Assembly: GCA_965113315.1 (NCBI GenBank)
Contig: OZ220363.1
Strand: one strand, 5' to 3'
DNA from: Podarcis vaucheri
Taxonomy: Eukaryota
Length of the DNA stretch: 64,000 bases
A program made the translations under genes and the position numbers. Positions 34,458 to 46,900 of the stretch are shown here, in pieces. Positions within the stretch are counted from its first letter, which is position 1. Every line of letters begins with the position of its first letter. The notes beneath the pieces were generated by a model, which made no database searches, had not been told where the DNA came from, and was given only the letters and a program-made list of their open reading frames with translations.

Positions 34458-34900
34458 TTCTGCCATTGGAACAAGGGAGGGAGGCAGGGGGATACAGAGA
34501 GCCTCCCTGAGGAACAGCTCCTTGTCCAGCAGTGGGGAAAGCCACACCTCCAGTCGAGCAGAGGGGGAAGGGGACAGCCAAGCGAGGGGAGGGCTTGAAG
34601 ATGCTACGGAGAGCCCAAGCGCCTCACCTAGCCCGGCTGGCCAGGAGGCAGACACGCCGTTTCTGTCACCCAGCTTGCGCAGAGGGGTGAAACGTAAGGA
34701 GGGGAGGCGGAAATTTGGGGTGTCTAAGTTCTTATGTTGGGGGAGAAACCAGAAGGGGCCACTCCCGGAATCTGCAAGTGGCTAAGACGGACATGAATTT
34801 TATGGTTCTGCACTGTAAATAGTTTGCACCAATAAAACCTGTTAAAGAGTGTCAGAGTGCTGCCTGGTTACTCACGAGCAACCACCACCAGCACCTGACA
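34458..34900 (+). mobile_element. Solo LTR related to the 47 kb copy, ~0.9 kb upstream of SLC11A1 exon 1
   Basis: Ends in TGACA, has an internal AATAAA and a putative TSD CAACC (34453-57 / 34901-05). The 5' terminus is damaged. Aligns codon-wise with 47279-47389. Confidence 0.75.
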
Positions 34901-35291
34901 CAACCCTATTTGAATTGCTCCTCCATACACCCCACAGTCCAATACAAACAAGAGCTGTGAGCTTTATAACCTGACCTGGTTGTGGTATATGGAATAGCTT
35001 CAAGGACACCTTGCCATAAATATTTAGCAACTTGCAGAGTCCCCCTGGAAACCTGCATTTCCTGCTAACACAAAGCAGCCCACCCAGCCCACCTCCTGAG
35101 CTGTGCTAGCATGTCTGAAACCACTCAGTCACACAACACAGAACCAAGCATCACCTTCTGTTGCCTGCTCTACACTCCAATGGCAAGAAACTGAGGCCAG
35201 CATTGTAAAACCAAAGATGTGCCAATGATCCTGTTTTTTAGTTAGTGTATTTGGAAGATTATACATTTGGTAGTTTGTCACACATACATAT

Positions 35292-35585
35292 TGTTGCAGG
35301 CCACCCCAACCTCTGAGTGCTGCCAGATTCCAGGGTCTGGTTTTCTTGAAATGAGGGACAGTGGAGACTGTGGTATCTTTATGATATATGGTTTATTTAC
35401 ACAGATATAAAATCTGAGCCCACGATGGGGGGCTCACAGCATTAACACCCCTAGAGGGTCTTGCTTCTCTCATAGCCATAGCCTTGGATTCTATCAGAAA
35501 TCAAGCAAGACTCTCTGGCTTCTGTCTGCTTCTAGCCCAGCTCACGCACTTTCAACTCTGGCTATTGTTGTTTGCACTACCAGCC
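35292..35585 (-). mobile_element. Partial copy of the 1147-1804 LTR-like family
   Basis: Shares ccagggtctgg, ctgagccYacgatgg, cttgcttctcc and gccttggattc...agaaatcaagca in the same order. Confidence 0.65.
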
Positions 35586-35604
35586 AAAGGAGCAGAGGTG
35601 GATT

Positions 35605-35716
35605 TAGGGCAGCATGACCTAGCTCATTTGGTTAGAACATGGTGCTCCTAATGCCAAGGTTTCAGGTTTGATCCCTATATGGGACAGCAGCCTATTTCTG
35701 TGTTGCAGGGGGTTGA
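35605..35716 (+). mobile_element. Degenerate tRNA-Ile-derived SINE
   Basis: TAGCTCAtTTGGTTAGAaCaTGGTGCT..TAAtGCCAAGGT..caGGTTtGATCCC with CpG decay, followed by a CR1-like ttgcagggggttg. Confidence 0.65.
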
Positions 35717-36158
35717 GAAATGTCAAAAAACAGAGAATGTCTAAGATGGGGATAACGACCCTGTGGCCTTCCAGAGGTCACTGAACGTCAGCTACCACCA
35801 CCCCTGCCCTTTAGTCACACTGGCTGGGGGCTGATGGGAATTGTAGTTCTACAACATCAGCAAGGTCACAGTGCTTTCCCACACTAGCGTAGGAAGTGAG
35901 ATCTCCTGCCCACCCCCTGTGGCCTATGCTCCAGTGTTGAAACAGTGAACAGCTTCTGCATTCTGAAACAAAATTCTTATTCAGGTTCTTGTCATCCTTA
36001 TTTAGCTACTTTACTTCCCACTGTGCAATGAATAAACTCCAAGATTCTGCACAATCTTTTGAGGAAGTGGGGGGAGGGGAGACTCTTGGTTTCATTCATC
36101 CCTTTGTGCTACTTGCTTTACCATCATTTTTCTCTAGGTTTGAACTATGCCTTGTAAC

Positions 36159-36720
36159 TGTCATCAACTGGCCGAATGCACAGGAATAGTGGAAGGCACT
36201 AACTGAGGAACCCCCAAGGGAAGAAGGCTCAGAGCGGTGGTGGGACGACGATGAAGGAGAAGAGGGAGAAGACTGGGAGGAGAAGGCGTTGGAAGCTGAA
36301 GAGGCAACAGGATTTAGTGAGAAGGGTGAGTCTGGGGCAGAGAGAAATACAAAGTCAGAAATGGAAGCAGGAGAGGAGGAAGGCCAAGAGGCAGAGATGA
36401 GTCAGGCTGGTTAAGAAGCCAGGGTGTCTCTCCCTCCTGCTGCAAAAAGCTCCCCATCCCCCAAGCCTCCCAAAACCAGGAGAGGCATAAAGTGGGAGGA
36501 ACAAAGGCAGGCATGCTGGTGTAGTCTCAGATTGCTCTGATTGGGAAAATCCCTGGAAAGGAGGGGATTTAGGCAGATGTGGGAAGGCTGTGGGAGATTT
36601 TTGTCTCTGCCACTGCCTTATAGGGGCAAGATCTACAGAAAAAGTGTTGTGTGCTCATCTATCATTAGTCCTAGCATTCCTGTGCAAAATCTGTTTTTAT
36701 AATAAAGATTTAACTTCACC
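36159..36720 (+). mobile_element. LTR-like element, 3'-truncated
   Basis: Starts TGTCA, purine-rich decayed reading frame, AATAAA at ~36701. Confidence 0.6.
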
Positions 36721-37254
36721 TGCTCCATTGAGCTGTCCTGAACCTTCCAACTTTCAGCTTCATGTCCATGAGTTATAGCTTTATGAGACAGGGAGAAAAA
36801 AAATCTTTATCCTCTTTCCCAGTGACTCACAAATTGTGTTAACTTTTATCATGTCACCTCTTACTTGTCTATTCTCTAAATTAAAAAGCCCCAAATGCTG
36901 CAACTTCTCCTCGCATGGGAGTTGTGCCATCTGCTGGAAAATTTTGGCTGCCTGCGTTTGCCTTTCACATTTTTGCAAACCAGTCTTGCAGAGGGGGCCC
37001 CTCTTGTTGTGGTCCTCTTTCCCAAAGAGGCGTGACGGTAACACAATGACACAAATGGAAATGCACATGAAAATGGAACATAAATGTTCAGTAATGTAAC
37101 CGGCCTTAGTGAATGAAGTTATCCTATTCTTTTGATCTTTGTATGATCATTGCTTGCATTTTGCATTCTATGAGTTTTGTAAACCACTCGGAAAGTTTGG
37201 TTGGAAGGTAAATCTGACAACATAGAATAGTGCTTTGTTTGCAAAAGAGGAATT

Positions 37255-37790
37255 ATTTTGTTACATGGAAGATGGAGCAAGCTTTTCTTCTGCTCCAGAG
37301 GCTACAACCCAAACCAATGGCTTCAAGTTACAAGAAAGGAGATTCCAACTGAACAAGAGGAAGAACTTTCTGACAGTAAGAGCTGTTCAACAGAGTGGAA
37401 TGCAGTCTCTCAGAAGGCAGTGGACTTTTCTTTCTTGAAAGTTTCTAAGCAGAGGCTGGATGGCCATCTGTCATGTGCAATTAGTTGAGATTACAGTGGT
37501 ACCTCGGGTTAAGTACTTAATTCGTTCCGGAGGTCCGTACTTAACCTGAAACTGTTCTTAACCTGAAGCACCAATTTAGCTAATGGGGCCTCCCGCTTGC
37601 GTGCAATTTCTGTTCTCATCCTGAAGCAAAGTTCTTAACCCAAGGTAATATTTCTGGGTTAGCAGAGTCTGTAACCTGAAGCGTATATAACCTGAAGCAT
37701 ATGTAACCCGAGGTACCACTGTACTGGATTGCAGGGGATTGGACTAGATGACCCTCAGGTTCCCTACCAATTCTACAATTCTACGATTCC
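37255..37790 (+). mobile_element. CR1 3' fragment interrupted by a Tc1/mariner MITE
   Basis: TNGFKLQERRFQLNKRKNFLTVRAV. The attcta-type tail resumes after the MITE. Confidence 0.85.
37494..37721. mobile_element. Tigger-like MITE, same family, nested in CR1
   Basis: Perfect TIRs, TA TSD. Confidence 0.92.
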
Positions 37791-38649
37791 AGGCTCCTGC
37801 TCCTGTAACTTTCCAAGCAGTTTGATTTGTGGACATTTGGAGCTGTTGGCATTTACCTCTGCACAATGAAAAGTTTTACCTGATTTATTTTTGCCCATAA
37901 AGCTGTTCACAGAAAAGACAGAGAGTTCACCAAGGAGGTGCTTTCCTCCCTGGCCAGCTGATAACGTTTGTAGGTAGAATAAGTCATGTGATTTCCAAGC
38001 TGAAGAACTGAGGGATTTTATGGTGTTTGTGTGGTGGAGGAATTATCCAGATTTCGCCACACTTTGAGACACACAACTCCATTAGTCATCCATGAACAAA
38101 CCTCATATTCCTGGCACTCAACGTGTGCTCACTTCAATAGGAACAGTCGCTTCTTTGTTTGAAAGCAAACTTTCCCTGCCATGCCGCTACTCTCCATTAA
38201 GGCACCAGGCCAAATTGAAAGCAAGCAGCCCCCATAATTAAATCATTATCTCTGTACTTGTGTTTTTCCTGTTTGTGGAGAGAGAGAGAGATCCCTGTAT
38301 GCAGATATAAGTGGGGGAACATTTACCTATTGAATTTCTGCTTGTCTCACAGGTGTTAAAAGGCCCAGGCACTACCTTAAAATGCTAGGAATGATTGAGA
38401 GGATGGTTAAAGAAGGGAGGATGAAATAGACATTGGGCTAGGAAAATGGTGGGTTGAGGAGCTGGAGGAAAAGAGGTTGAGTGGAGAATGTGAGATGTGC
38501 CCCAAAGGTTGCATAGTTCCCAGTGACAGTGGGACTGAAAGGCTGTGTGCAATAGGCTGGGAAGAAGTGGATTAGCAAGGGATCTTTTGAAGTCTGTGGA
38601 CTATGGGCAGAAAGCCAAAAGAAATTATTACCAACTGTAGGTCCTAAAA

Positions 38650-39110
38650 TAGGGTTGCCATATTTCAAGCAGTGAAAATCCAGACAGAAAAGTTGTTGAG
38701 CTTTAAAATTGCAATAAAAATTGCAGTTTTTGAGCTATAGTCACTTGTACATTGGAAGTCGAACAGTATCCGTTCCAGAAGTTTGTTTGACTTCCAAAAC
38801 ATTTGAAAACTCCGGCATGGCTTCTGATTGGCTGCAGGAAGCTCCTGCAGCCAATCAGAAGCCGCGGAAGCCCCGACGGACATTTGGCTCCCAAAAATCA
38901 TTCGAAAACCGGAACACTCACTTCACGATCCAAGGTATGACTGTATTTTTATGGGAAATTGACAAAAATGGCACTGCCAACATGAGCTGCCATACTGCCA
39001 TATGTCCGGATTTTCCCAGATATTTTGCTGATTTCCGCCTAGACACTGCTGCCGACTGCAGTATTCCAGATATGTCCAGGAAATTCCGGACGTATGACAA
39101 AAGGGAGTCC
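38650..39110. mobile_element. TAGGGTTGCCA-type MITE with a nested mariner-like insert (~38738-38943)
   Basis: Colinear with the uninterrupted copy at 50293-50547. The insert is bounded by TA and ends CCAAGGTATGACTG. Confidence 0.75.
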
Positions 39111-41716
39111 TAAACTTTTAGGCATAGGAGACTTCTGCCGATGGTGAAAAAGCTCAAAAAGGTTCAGAAAAGGCTGATTAAGAAACTGATTAAGAAGCAG
39201 GAGTAACTCTGGGGAGGCTATAAAGTTTTGGGATTCTTAGTTCCGAAAAAGTTGAGCAAGGGGCAGACACCTTAGAGGTTTATAAAAATGATGCATAGTA
39301 TGGTGAGAAGGTGGATGAAGAGTAGTTTTTCTCCTTCGCTCATAAAGCTAGAATGAAAAGTTATCCAATAAAGTTGAATGATGGGAGATTAAGACCAGAC
39401 AAAACTGAGCATTTCTTCATACAGTGCACTTCTACTCAGTGTGACAATGGCTATAAATTTATATGGCTTCAAAAGGAGATCAGGCTAACCATGACTATTA
39501 GTAATTATGGCTGTATACTACCTCTAGTATCAGAGGCAGCATGCCTCAAAATACCAGTCGCTGAGGAACACCACTGGACTGGGAGAGGGACCCGCCCCCT
39601 CATGTCCTCTCTGTGAGCTTCTGAGAGGCATCTGGTTGGCTCTCTGGGAAGCAGGATGCTGTACAAGATCCAAGAAGGCTCTTCTGAAGACAATGAATTC
39701 CTTACAGAGGGGCAGTGAGGACCATGACATAAAGTGAATGTCAAGTTCCTTGGGGAAGAGACCAGCCTTTTTTTGGTTCTCTGTAAAGCACCATGTACAT
39801 TGATGGGTGTGATGATAGTGGGTTTTGGTAACAGCTGCTTGCTGTTCATATAATGACTTCAGTGCTGCATTTTTATTGTGCAAAAGATTGTCTTGTGTTA
39901 CTGATTGCTTCAATTTTTGCAAGCTACTTTGGATGCATGCTACAGAAAAGTGGGGATAAATAATAAATATAATTTTTAAAGTATTCTTATGATTTTTTTA
40001 AATTCACTGTTTGGACAGTTCTTTGGCTGCAGGCAGGCTACCAACTATGTACAGCTACACTAAGCTTCAGCATATGGCTGTATGTAAATGCACATATACT
40101 TTTAAAGCTCATATAAACGCAAACATTGATAGGGTTTGACAGGCCCTAGGCAGTCACTGACCCCTTTTCTTTGTTCTCATATTACACAAGGCCTTCACTG
40201 ATGCAAACCTAAAGATCACATGGCAATAACCTCTATTGAAATGAATTCCTTTTTGTTGAGTAACTATAATTGAAGTTTGGGGGTGTTAATTTTCTTAAAC
40301 CACAGGTATCCATTCCATCTGTACAAGAGTGTTATCTTTGATTCCAGAGAGCCCTGTTTCCTCCTTTGAAGAAACATAAATGGTTGCAAATTGTCTTTAT
40401 CACATTGAGCTTATTTGTGAAGGACGTTGAACACTGGCCTCACATGATGCTGAGTCATCATCTCAGTCACATCCCCAGTTCTCAGAACCTGTCCGCCTCC
40501 TGTTTAAGGGGACAAGCTACACTCCAAGCTCACTGTGGAAAACAGATGGCAAGCATGCCATCCTTGTACCCGCCATCTTACTATTGACTGGTTTTGATGA
40601 AGGCGGGCAGCTAAGTACTCCTCAGCAGGTTGGATTTGGCCCCTGGACCATTCCTGGCCTAGGAGTACAAATATAGGTGAGCAAAAGAGCTATGTTTCGT
40701 TTTGCTGTGAACATTGGTTCTTCTCATATCTCCCAACTGATTTCCTTTATTCTTCAAAGGGATCTTTCTTGGTTTATTATTGCTCCCTTCACAGCAGGTG
40801 TGGGGAACCTGTGGCCCTCCAGACGTCACTGAACGACAGCTCCCATCAGCCCCAGCAAGCAGGGCCAATTGCCAGGGACAATGGGAGTTGTGGTCCAGCA
40901 ACATCTGGAGGACCAATGGTTCCCCATGCCCACTAAAAGAGGTTACTACAATGGTGTGGGAGGTATGTTTCCATACTTTCATCCCACAACATTGGTGTAA
41001 TGTTTAAAGGCCCAGCACAACAAGGGCATGTGCAGTTCTTTCCCACAGAATTGTTGCCCATCTGGGACCAGAGTGGCCACTGAGTTGAATCATTCAAAAC
41101 GCTGAATGATTATCAAGCTTGAGGGACTGACTGTATGAAGGCCGTTATTCTTACTAATATGCTGCTTTCTTTCGCAGCTGGAAAGGTTCTGGTTTCTCAA
41201 TAGGCAAGAGAGAGGGAGGAAGGAGGCTAGTAAGTTCAAAAGCAGCTGGTTTGCCCCCTGGAGTACAGATGTCAAGGCCTGGGGGGAAAGGGGGGAAAGG
41301 GGGGAAAGGCAAAAAAACCACCCCTGCCTCATAACTCTCATCCAGGGTGACTCAGTCAGAGCCCTGACACTGGAGCAAGATGAAATGGGTATCTGCCCTG
41401 TAATTTTGAGGAGCAGAGAGGAGTTGCCCAACACAAAGGGGATCAGAGGGACTCATAGCAATGTTTTCAGGAAAGCTTTTCATTTTCCTGTTTTGTTTTT
41501 TAAACAGCATGGTGGCCAGTGCTGAAATGGCACCCCTGCTTCAAAAATGCAAAACCAAAGGAAAATGTGAGAAATGAGTTACAACACACTGTAAGAATCC
41601 CTGTTAGCTATGGGTTACTGCACTTATGGAATTGAATATCCCCATTAGTAGTATCATCATTTATCTATGGATGGCTGAGGGCTATCCCTGTACACTGCTT
41701 TTCCTATGCAGACATA

Positions 41717-42352
41717 CCGTATTTTTCGTCCTATAAGGCGCACCGGCCCATAGGACGCACCTCATTTTTTGGGGGGGAAAAATGAATTTTAAAAAATTAT
41801 TTCCCCCCCCCCAGCCCTGGCTGCCGCCCCAAGCCTTGCGCTCACCTGCCCGAAGCAGGGGAAGCCCTCCGGAGGGCTTCCCCTGCTTCGGGCGAGCGTC
41901 AGCAAGCCTCGCACGCCCGGCAGGAGGTCCCACCGGGTGCGCGAGGCTTGGGGCGGCAGCCTGTCGCCCGAAGCAGGGGGAGCCAAGCCTCGCGCACCCG
42001 GTGGGACCTCCTGCCGGGAGCGCAAGGCTTGCTGACACTCGCCCGAAGCAGGGGAAGGCCTCCGGAGGGCTCCCCGTGCTTCGGGCGACAGGCTGCCGCC
42101 CCAAGCCTCGCGCACCCGGTGGGACCTCCTGCCGGGAGCACGAGGCTTGCTGACACTCGCCCGAAGCAGGGGAAGGCCTCCGGAGGGCTCCCCGTGCTTC
42201 GGGCGACAGGCTGCCGCCCCAAGCCTCGCGCACCCGGTGGGACCTCCTGCCGGGCGCGCGAGGCTTGCAGGCATTCGCCCCATAAGACGCACCCCGATTT
42301 CCCCTTCATTTTTGGAGGTGGAAAAGTGCGTCTTATGGGGCGAAAAATACGG
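41717..42352. mobile_element. pogo/Tigger-like MITE carrying an internal GC-rich 118-bp palindromic array
   Basis: TIRs CCGTATTTTTCG / CGAAAAATACGG, TA TSD; unit starts at 41985, 42103 and 42221. Confidence 0.9.
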
Positions 42353-43763
42353 TAATATTTTTGTACAGAAAACATTTTCAGTCAGTGAGCAAACAAACAA
42401 ACAAACAAACAAACAAACAAATATCCCTTTATGGAACAATTACCAAGGGGGATGAGATACTGTGCTAAAAGAACTGTGTTAAGAATATGCTGTACTTTCA
42501 TAGTTTGATAATAGGCACAATATTTCTTTTTTAAAAACCCCACATTTCCTGTGTTCTCTTTCCCAAGAAAAAATGGCCCATGTAAACATCGCCCGTCTCC
42601 TAAGTAAGTACAAAAAAAAATTTGCCAGATCTATCTACATGAAGAGAACATAACTGGTGCTCTGTAAAATGTTGAACTTTCAGGAGGGGTATTGCGAGAG
42701 AATAGCTGAGGACAATTTCAATTTTAAATGTTTTAAGGTTTTGGTGCATGTTTAAATGTTGTAACTTCTAATATTGATTTAGACAAAACAACAAAATTGT
42801 GTTTGATGGGGATCTTGCTATTTACATGTTTCAAATGTAAAGGCTGGGTCCCTACAGATGTAACTGGAAAAAAGGACCTGCCTGAGTGAGAATGACTGGC
42901 TCTTAATGTTGGCAGATATACTAGAAACAGAGCTGACGCCACCTTTTCCATCTCCTTCCATTATTCGGAAAGGATGTCTACTTCTTGAATTTTTTTTAGA
43001 ACACTTGCAGATTTATCTGAATTAACGTTTGTTTGATACCTTATTCAAGGTTTGATTCAAATATAACAATGCGCAGGCATGAGCCATCGGTTTGTACAGT
43101 CACACCTACCTTTCTCACCTCCTCCCCCTCCTGAGGGAGGAGAGGAGATGCTAAGTTTCTAGCTGCAATAAACAGTAGCTTCCCACTTTTGACCATAGTT
43201 TTCAGTTACATCTGAATCAAGCCAGTGCATCTTCTTCCACAGCCATTAGCTGTTCCTCCACACAGAAGTCTACATATTTGGACGCACCTTTTAAACTCAT
43301 TGTTTTCAATAATAGGGGGAAAAACTTTATTTGGTCTCATTTTTTGTAAATTTACTATCAATTGATTCAATTATTTATTGGCTGAGCTTTCGTCTCTAAA
43401 ACCAAAAATTTAAATTCAGAGAAGTCTGTTATAAAGTTTAACTCCTGCCTTCTTCTTTTTTCTTTTTTAAGGATACATTTGATCCAAAATGTCACATTCT
43501 GGAGGTTTTCCACCACTTCCCACTTTGCAGAGTCGCCAGCTCTGTGCTGGGTGTGGAAATGCTAGCGGTTTCAGTTCCTACTCCCTGCAGCACTCCTAAC
43601 ACCCTTTGGGAAGCAGTGTACCTCAGGACTGAGCCTCTGCCCTGGACACAGCAGTAGTCATCATGCACCCCTCTGGGCAGGGCACGCCCCCAGCAACTTC
43701 CAAAAACAGTTTCCGCAAACCCCAGCGTCATTCTCTGGGTCTTTATTCTTCTGCTGGAATAGT

Positions 43764-43976
43764 TTAGACGTGGTTGCGAAAGGGGCTTGGCTTGTCGGAT
43801 GACCGAAACGACCTGCAGGGCGGGCGCTCCGCTGAAAAGGGGGCAAAGAACTCCGCAGCAAAGGTGACCACGTCATCAGGCTTGCGAAGGAGCAGCAGCT
43901 GTAAGAAATCTGCCAACAGTGCACGGAGCTCTGGGTGGCGACGCACATAGGTGGCATGGCTTGCTTGCAGCTCCTC
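43764..43976 (-). CDS. CATIP: CATIP last coding exon ([16 protein letters not shown]...PFRNHV*)
   Basis: 213 nt ending in TAA. RIIa-like dimerisation helix; AATAAA signals downstream. Confidence 0.95.
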   Translation of the reverse strand, partial: EELQASHATYVRRHPELRALLADFLQLLLLRKPDDVVTFAAEFFAPFSAERPPCRSFRSSDKPSPFRNHV

Positions 43977-46900
43977 CTGAAGGGAGGAAACCAAACCCCC
44001 GTTAGAGGAGGGTCTCTCAGGTTGTTGCTCTATCCAGTTTGGTGCCAAGTACTTCAGGTAGAACTATATATATTTGGAGGCCCACTAATTGACCCTTGGC
44101 AAGAGCTGGCACATTTTAAGGGCGTAGGCAAGACTCTAGCTGCCACACAACTCACCTTTCTGTCTAAGAACTGGGAATACAGCTGCACATCCTCTTCCCA
44201 ATCCAGCGGGATTTTCTCGAAGACTGGACGAGGGTCTGGTTCATCTGGGAAGAGGTGGAAATTGAAGCAGAGTTAGAAACATGGGAATTAGAGATTGATG
44301 TCCATCACATACTAGAAATCCATGGCTCTTAAAAATAAATAGTGCAATTAAATTTCAATCCATGCCCAAATGAAAGAGAATGCATTTCTGCATTTTGCCC
44401 AAGTTAGTTGATTCACTCCCAGATGCTGTCCCCAGTAGAGGCCAGCACAGATTCTGGGCCTCTCCAGACTGGTGTTTTGTTGTGGGTGTATCCTGCAACA
44501 CGTTCTTGACACAATAATAGTGTGTTAATGGTGGATTTAGTCTACTTTAGTTTGCTTTGAGATACTTCCCCAATTAAGGGACGCGAGTGGCGCTGTGGGT
44601 TCAACCACAGAGCCTAGGACTTGTTGATCAGGAGGTTGGCGGTTCGAATCCCCGCAACGGGGTGAGCTCCCATTGTTCGGTCCTAGCTCCTGCCAGCCTA
44701 GCAGTTCGAAAGCACGTCAAAGTGCAAGTAAATAAATAGGTACCACTCTAGCGGGAAGGTAAACAGCGTTTCTGTGTGCTGCTCTGGTTCACCAGAAGCA
44801 GCTTAGTCATGCTGGCCACATGACCCAGAAGCTGTCTGCGGACAAACACTGGCTCCCTCGTCCTATAGAGCGAGATGAGCGTGCAACCCCAGAGTCGGTC
44901 ACAACTGGACCTAATGGTCAGGGGTCCCTTTATCTTTACTTACTTCCCCAATTGCAATCATATTTTTGCTTTCCAAAGGGGCAATAGCACAACAGAACTG
45001 AAACAAAAATTAACTAGAACATTTGTAGTATAAAAAAGGTTAGAAACTTCAGCAGGAGGTTATGGGAGATACACTGCATGGAAATGAAGCAGCGTGACCA
45101 CCCCAAAAACTTTTGCAGGCACTAACAGTATGGAAAGCTGATGTGACCACCTCAATTGCAAATGATCACAAATGTCCAATGAAGAAAGGATGTCTGGAGG
45201 GGGTTCAACTACCAAATGCCCCAATTGCCTCTGGTGACCATTCCCAACCGCTGACGGGGTGGAGGGAGGGAAATTTCACAGACTCCTGCCTTTTACCTGT
45301 GTCGATCAGAATGGGCATCTGAAGGATCACCATGGTGGCCGGGGATCCAACCTGGACACGGCGAGATAAATGCCTGGGTGGAGGAGGCAAGAAGGAAAAC
45401 TAGCCAGCTGGACCCTCCCATATTTTCCTGGGAACTGTAAGAGATAGGCAGGAGCCCTGCAGGACTGTAGCTGCATGCGACTCTGGTGCCTTCATGATGT
45501 GTTGTGAATGGATCATCATGAGGCATGCCAGGCCTAGGAATGGGAAGTTCTCCTGCCATTACCAATGTGTTTCTTTTAGTTAATCAACTGACAAATGTAT
45601 CTTGGTGGATACCGAAGATGCAAACATCTTCTGTATCCTCTTCTCCTCCCCACATTTTGCACGTCATTTTGCATACGGAATGCAACTGATTTGTTTCATT
45701 TATGGTTCTTAGGGTGGAATAAGGGAGGGAGAGATGGGGAATTTAGTACACACAACCTGTGTGTTGTACTCAATGTATTTGTAATAATAATAATAATAGG
45801 GTTTTTTAAAGCACTGGCATTCAAAGGAAACCAGGCTGCGCTAGGAAACCTACAGTAAGAATGCTGTCAATAAGACTGTCAGAAGCTATTCTAGGTCAGA
45901 GGGAGGGAGCCATGTTGCCTGCAAGGAAGGGCTGGGCACAAGCGATTGCACTGGAGCCTGCTTACCCATCCGACAGGAAGTAGAACTGCCAGCACAGGGG
46001 GACCTCGTCCATGGAGTGCACAACTCTCTCAATGACAAACACCTCCACCTCCTCTTTGCCCACTTTCTGCTTCTGGATGCCCAGGGAACTCTGGGAAGCG
46101 AAGTGAAGAACGAGAAAGGTGAGTTAAAACGGTGCTGCTGGTGAGGCAGCAAAGCCTTGTTCTCTCCTGCCAGCATATAGTTAACTTTAGACAGTCAGCT
46201 GGCCTACATGTTTTGGTCAAATCTTCACGTGGAAATCTTTGCCAATCTACCAAGGGCTGGGCCTACGTAGCTGGATAGGTCAGCACAATATATGCTGTAA
46301 CACTGGTCTACGGCCCTTCCTGACACAAACTTCCTCATGCATTGCCAACACCTGCAGGGGGCCCCACTAAGACACACTCACATAGGTGCAGGGGCAGATG
46401 TGCTGGTCAATGCCAAATGCGAGGAAAATGGCATCCTGTGGTACGGCTTGCCTCCTGGCCATCACCCGCATCACCAGGAAGTTGGCAGACTCTGAGACTA
46501 GACCATGAAGCTGTGCACGTTTGTAAGAAAATGTGTCAACGTGGATCTCTTCCTGTGAGAGAGAATAGAGGAAAGACATTTTCACCAAATCCAAGACAAC
46601 AACAGGTCATTCTGGGGAAATCATTTTGGGACTTATAGATGCCACTCCTTAGTGCTTCAAGACAGGCTTAGCCATTCGTGGGACAAGAATGGGAAACCGT
46701 GATCTTGCTGCCCTTTGTCATCTGACTGTTATGAGGGCTTGTGCAGCATAGTGGTGAAGACTATGAGTTGGGAAGTCCTCAGTTCAAATCAGATCCCAGC
46801 TGCAAATTCACTAGGTGGCATTTGGTACTAAGCATGACTCCTTTGGCCTCAGACCAGCTCATATCTGCAACATGAGGACAATGCTGTTCTTCTTAGTGGG

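Noticed and set aside
35605-35690. tRNA-Ile gene
   Set aside because: Many CpG-decay and stem mismatches; continues into a repeat tail.
41682-42455. Six-frame repetitive ORFs, or a CRISPR-like array
   Set aside because: Produced by the 118-bp GC-rich unit in a MITE. The units are near-identical with no unique spacers, and the context is eukaryotic.
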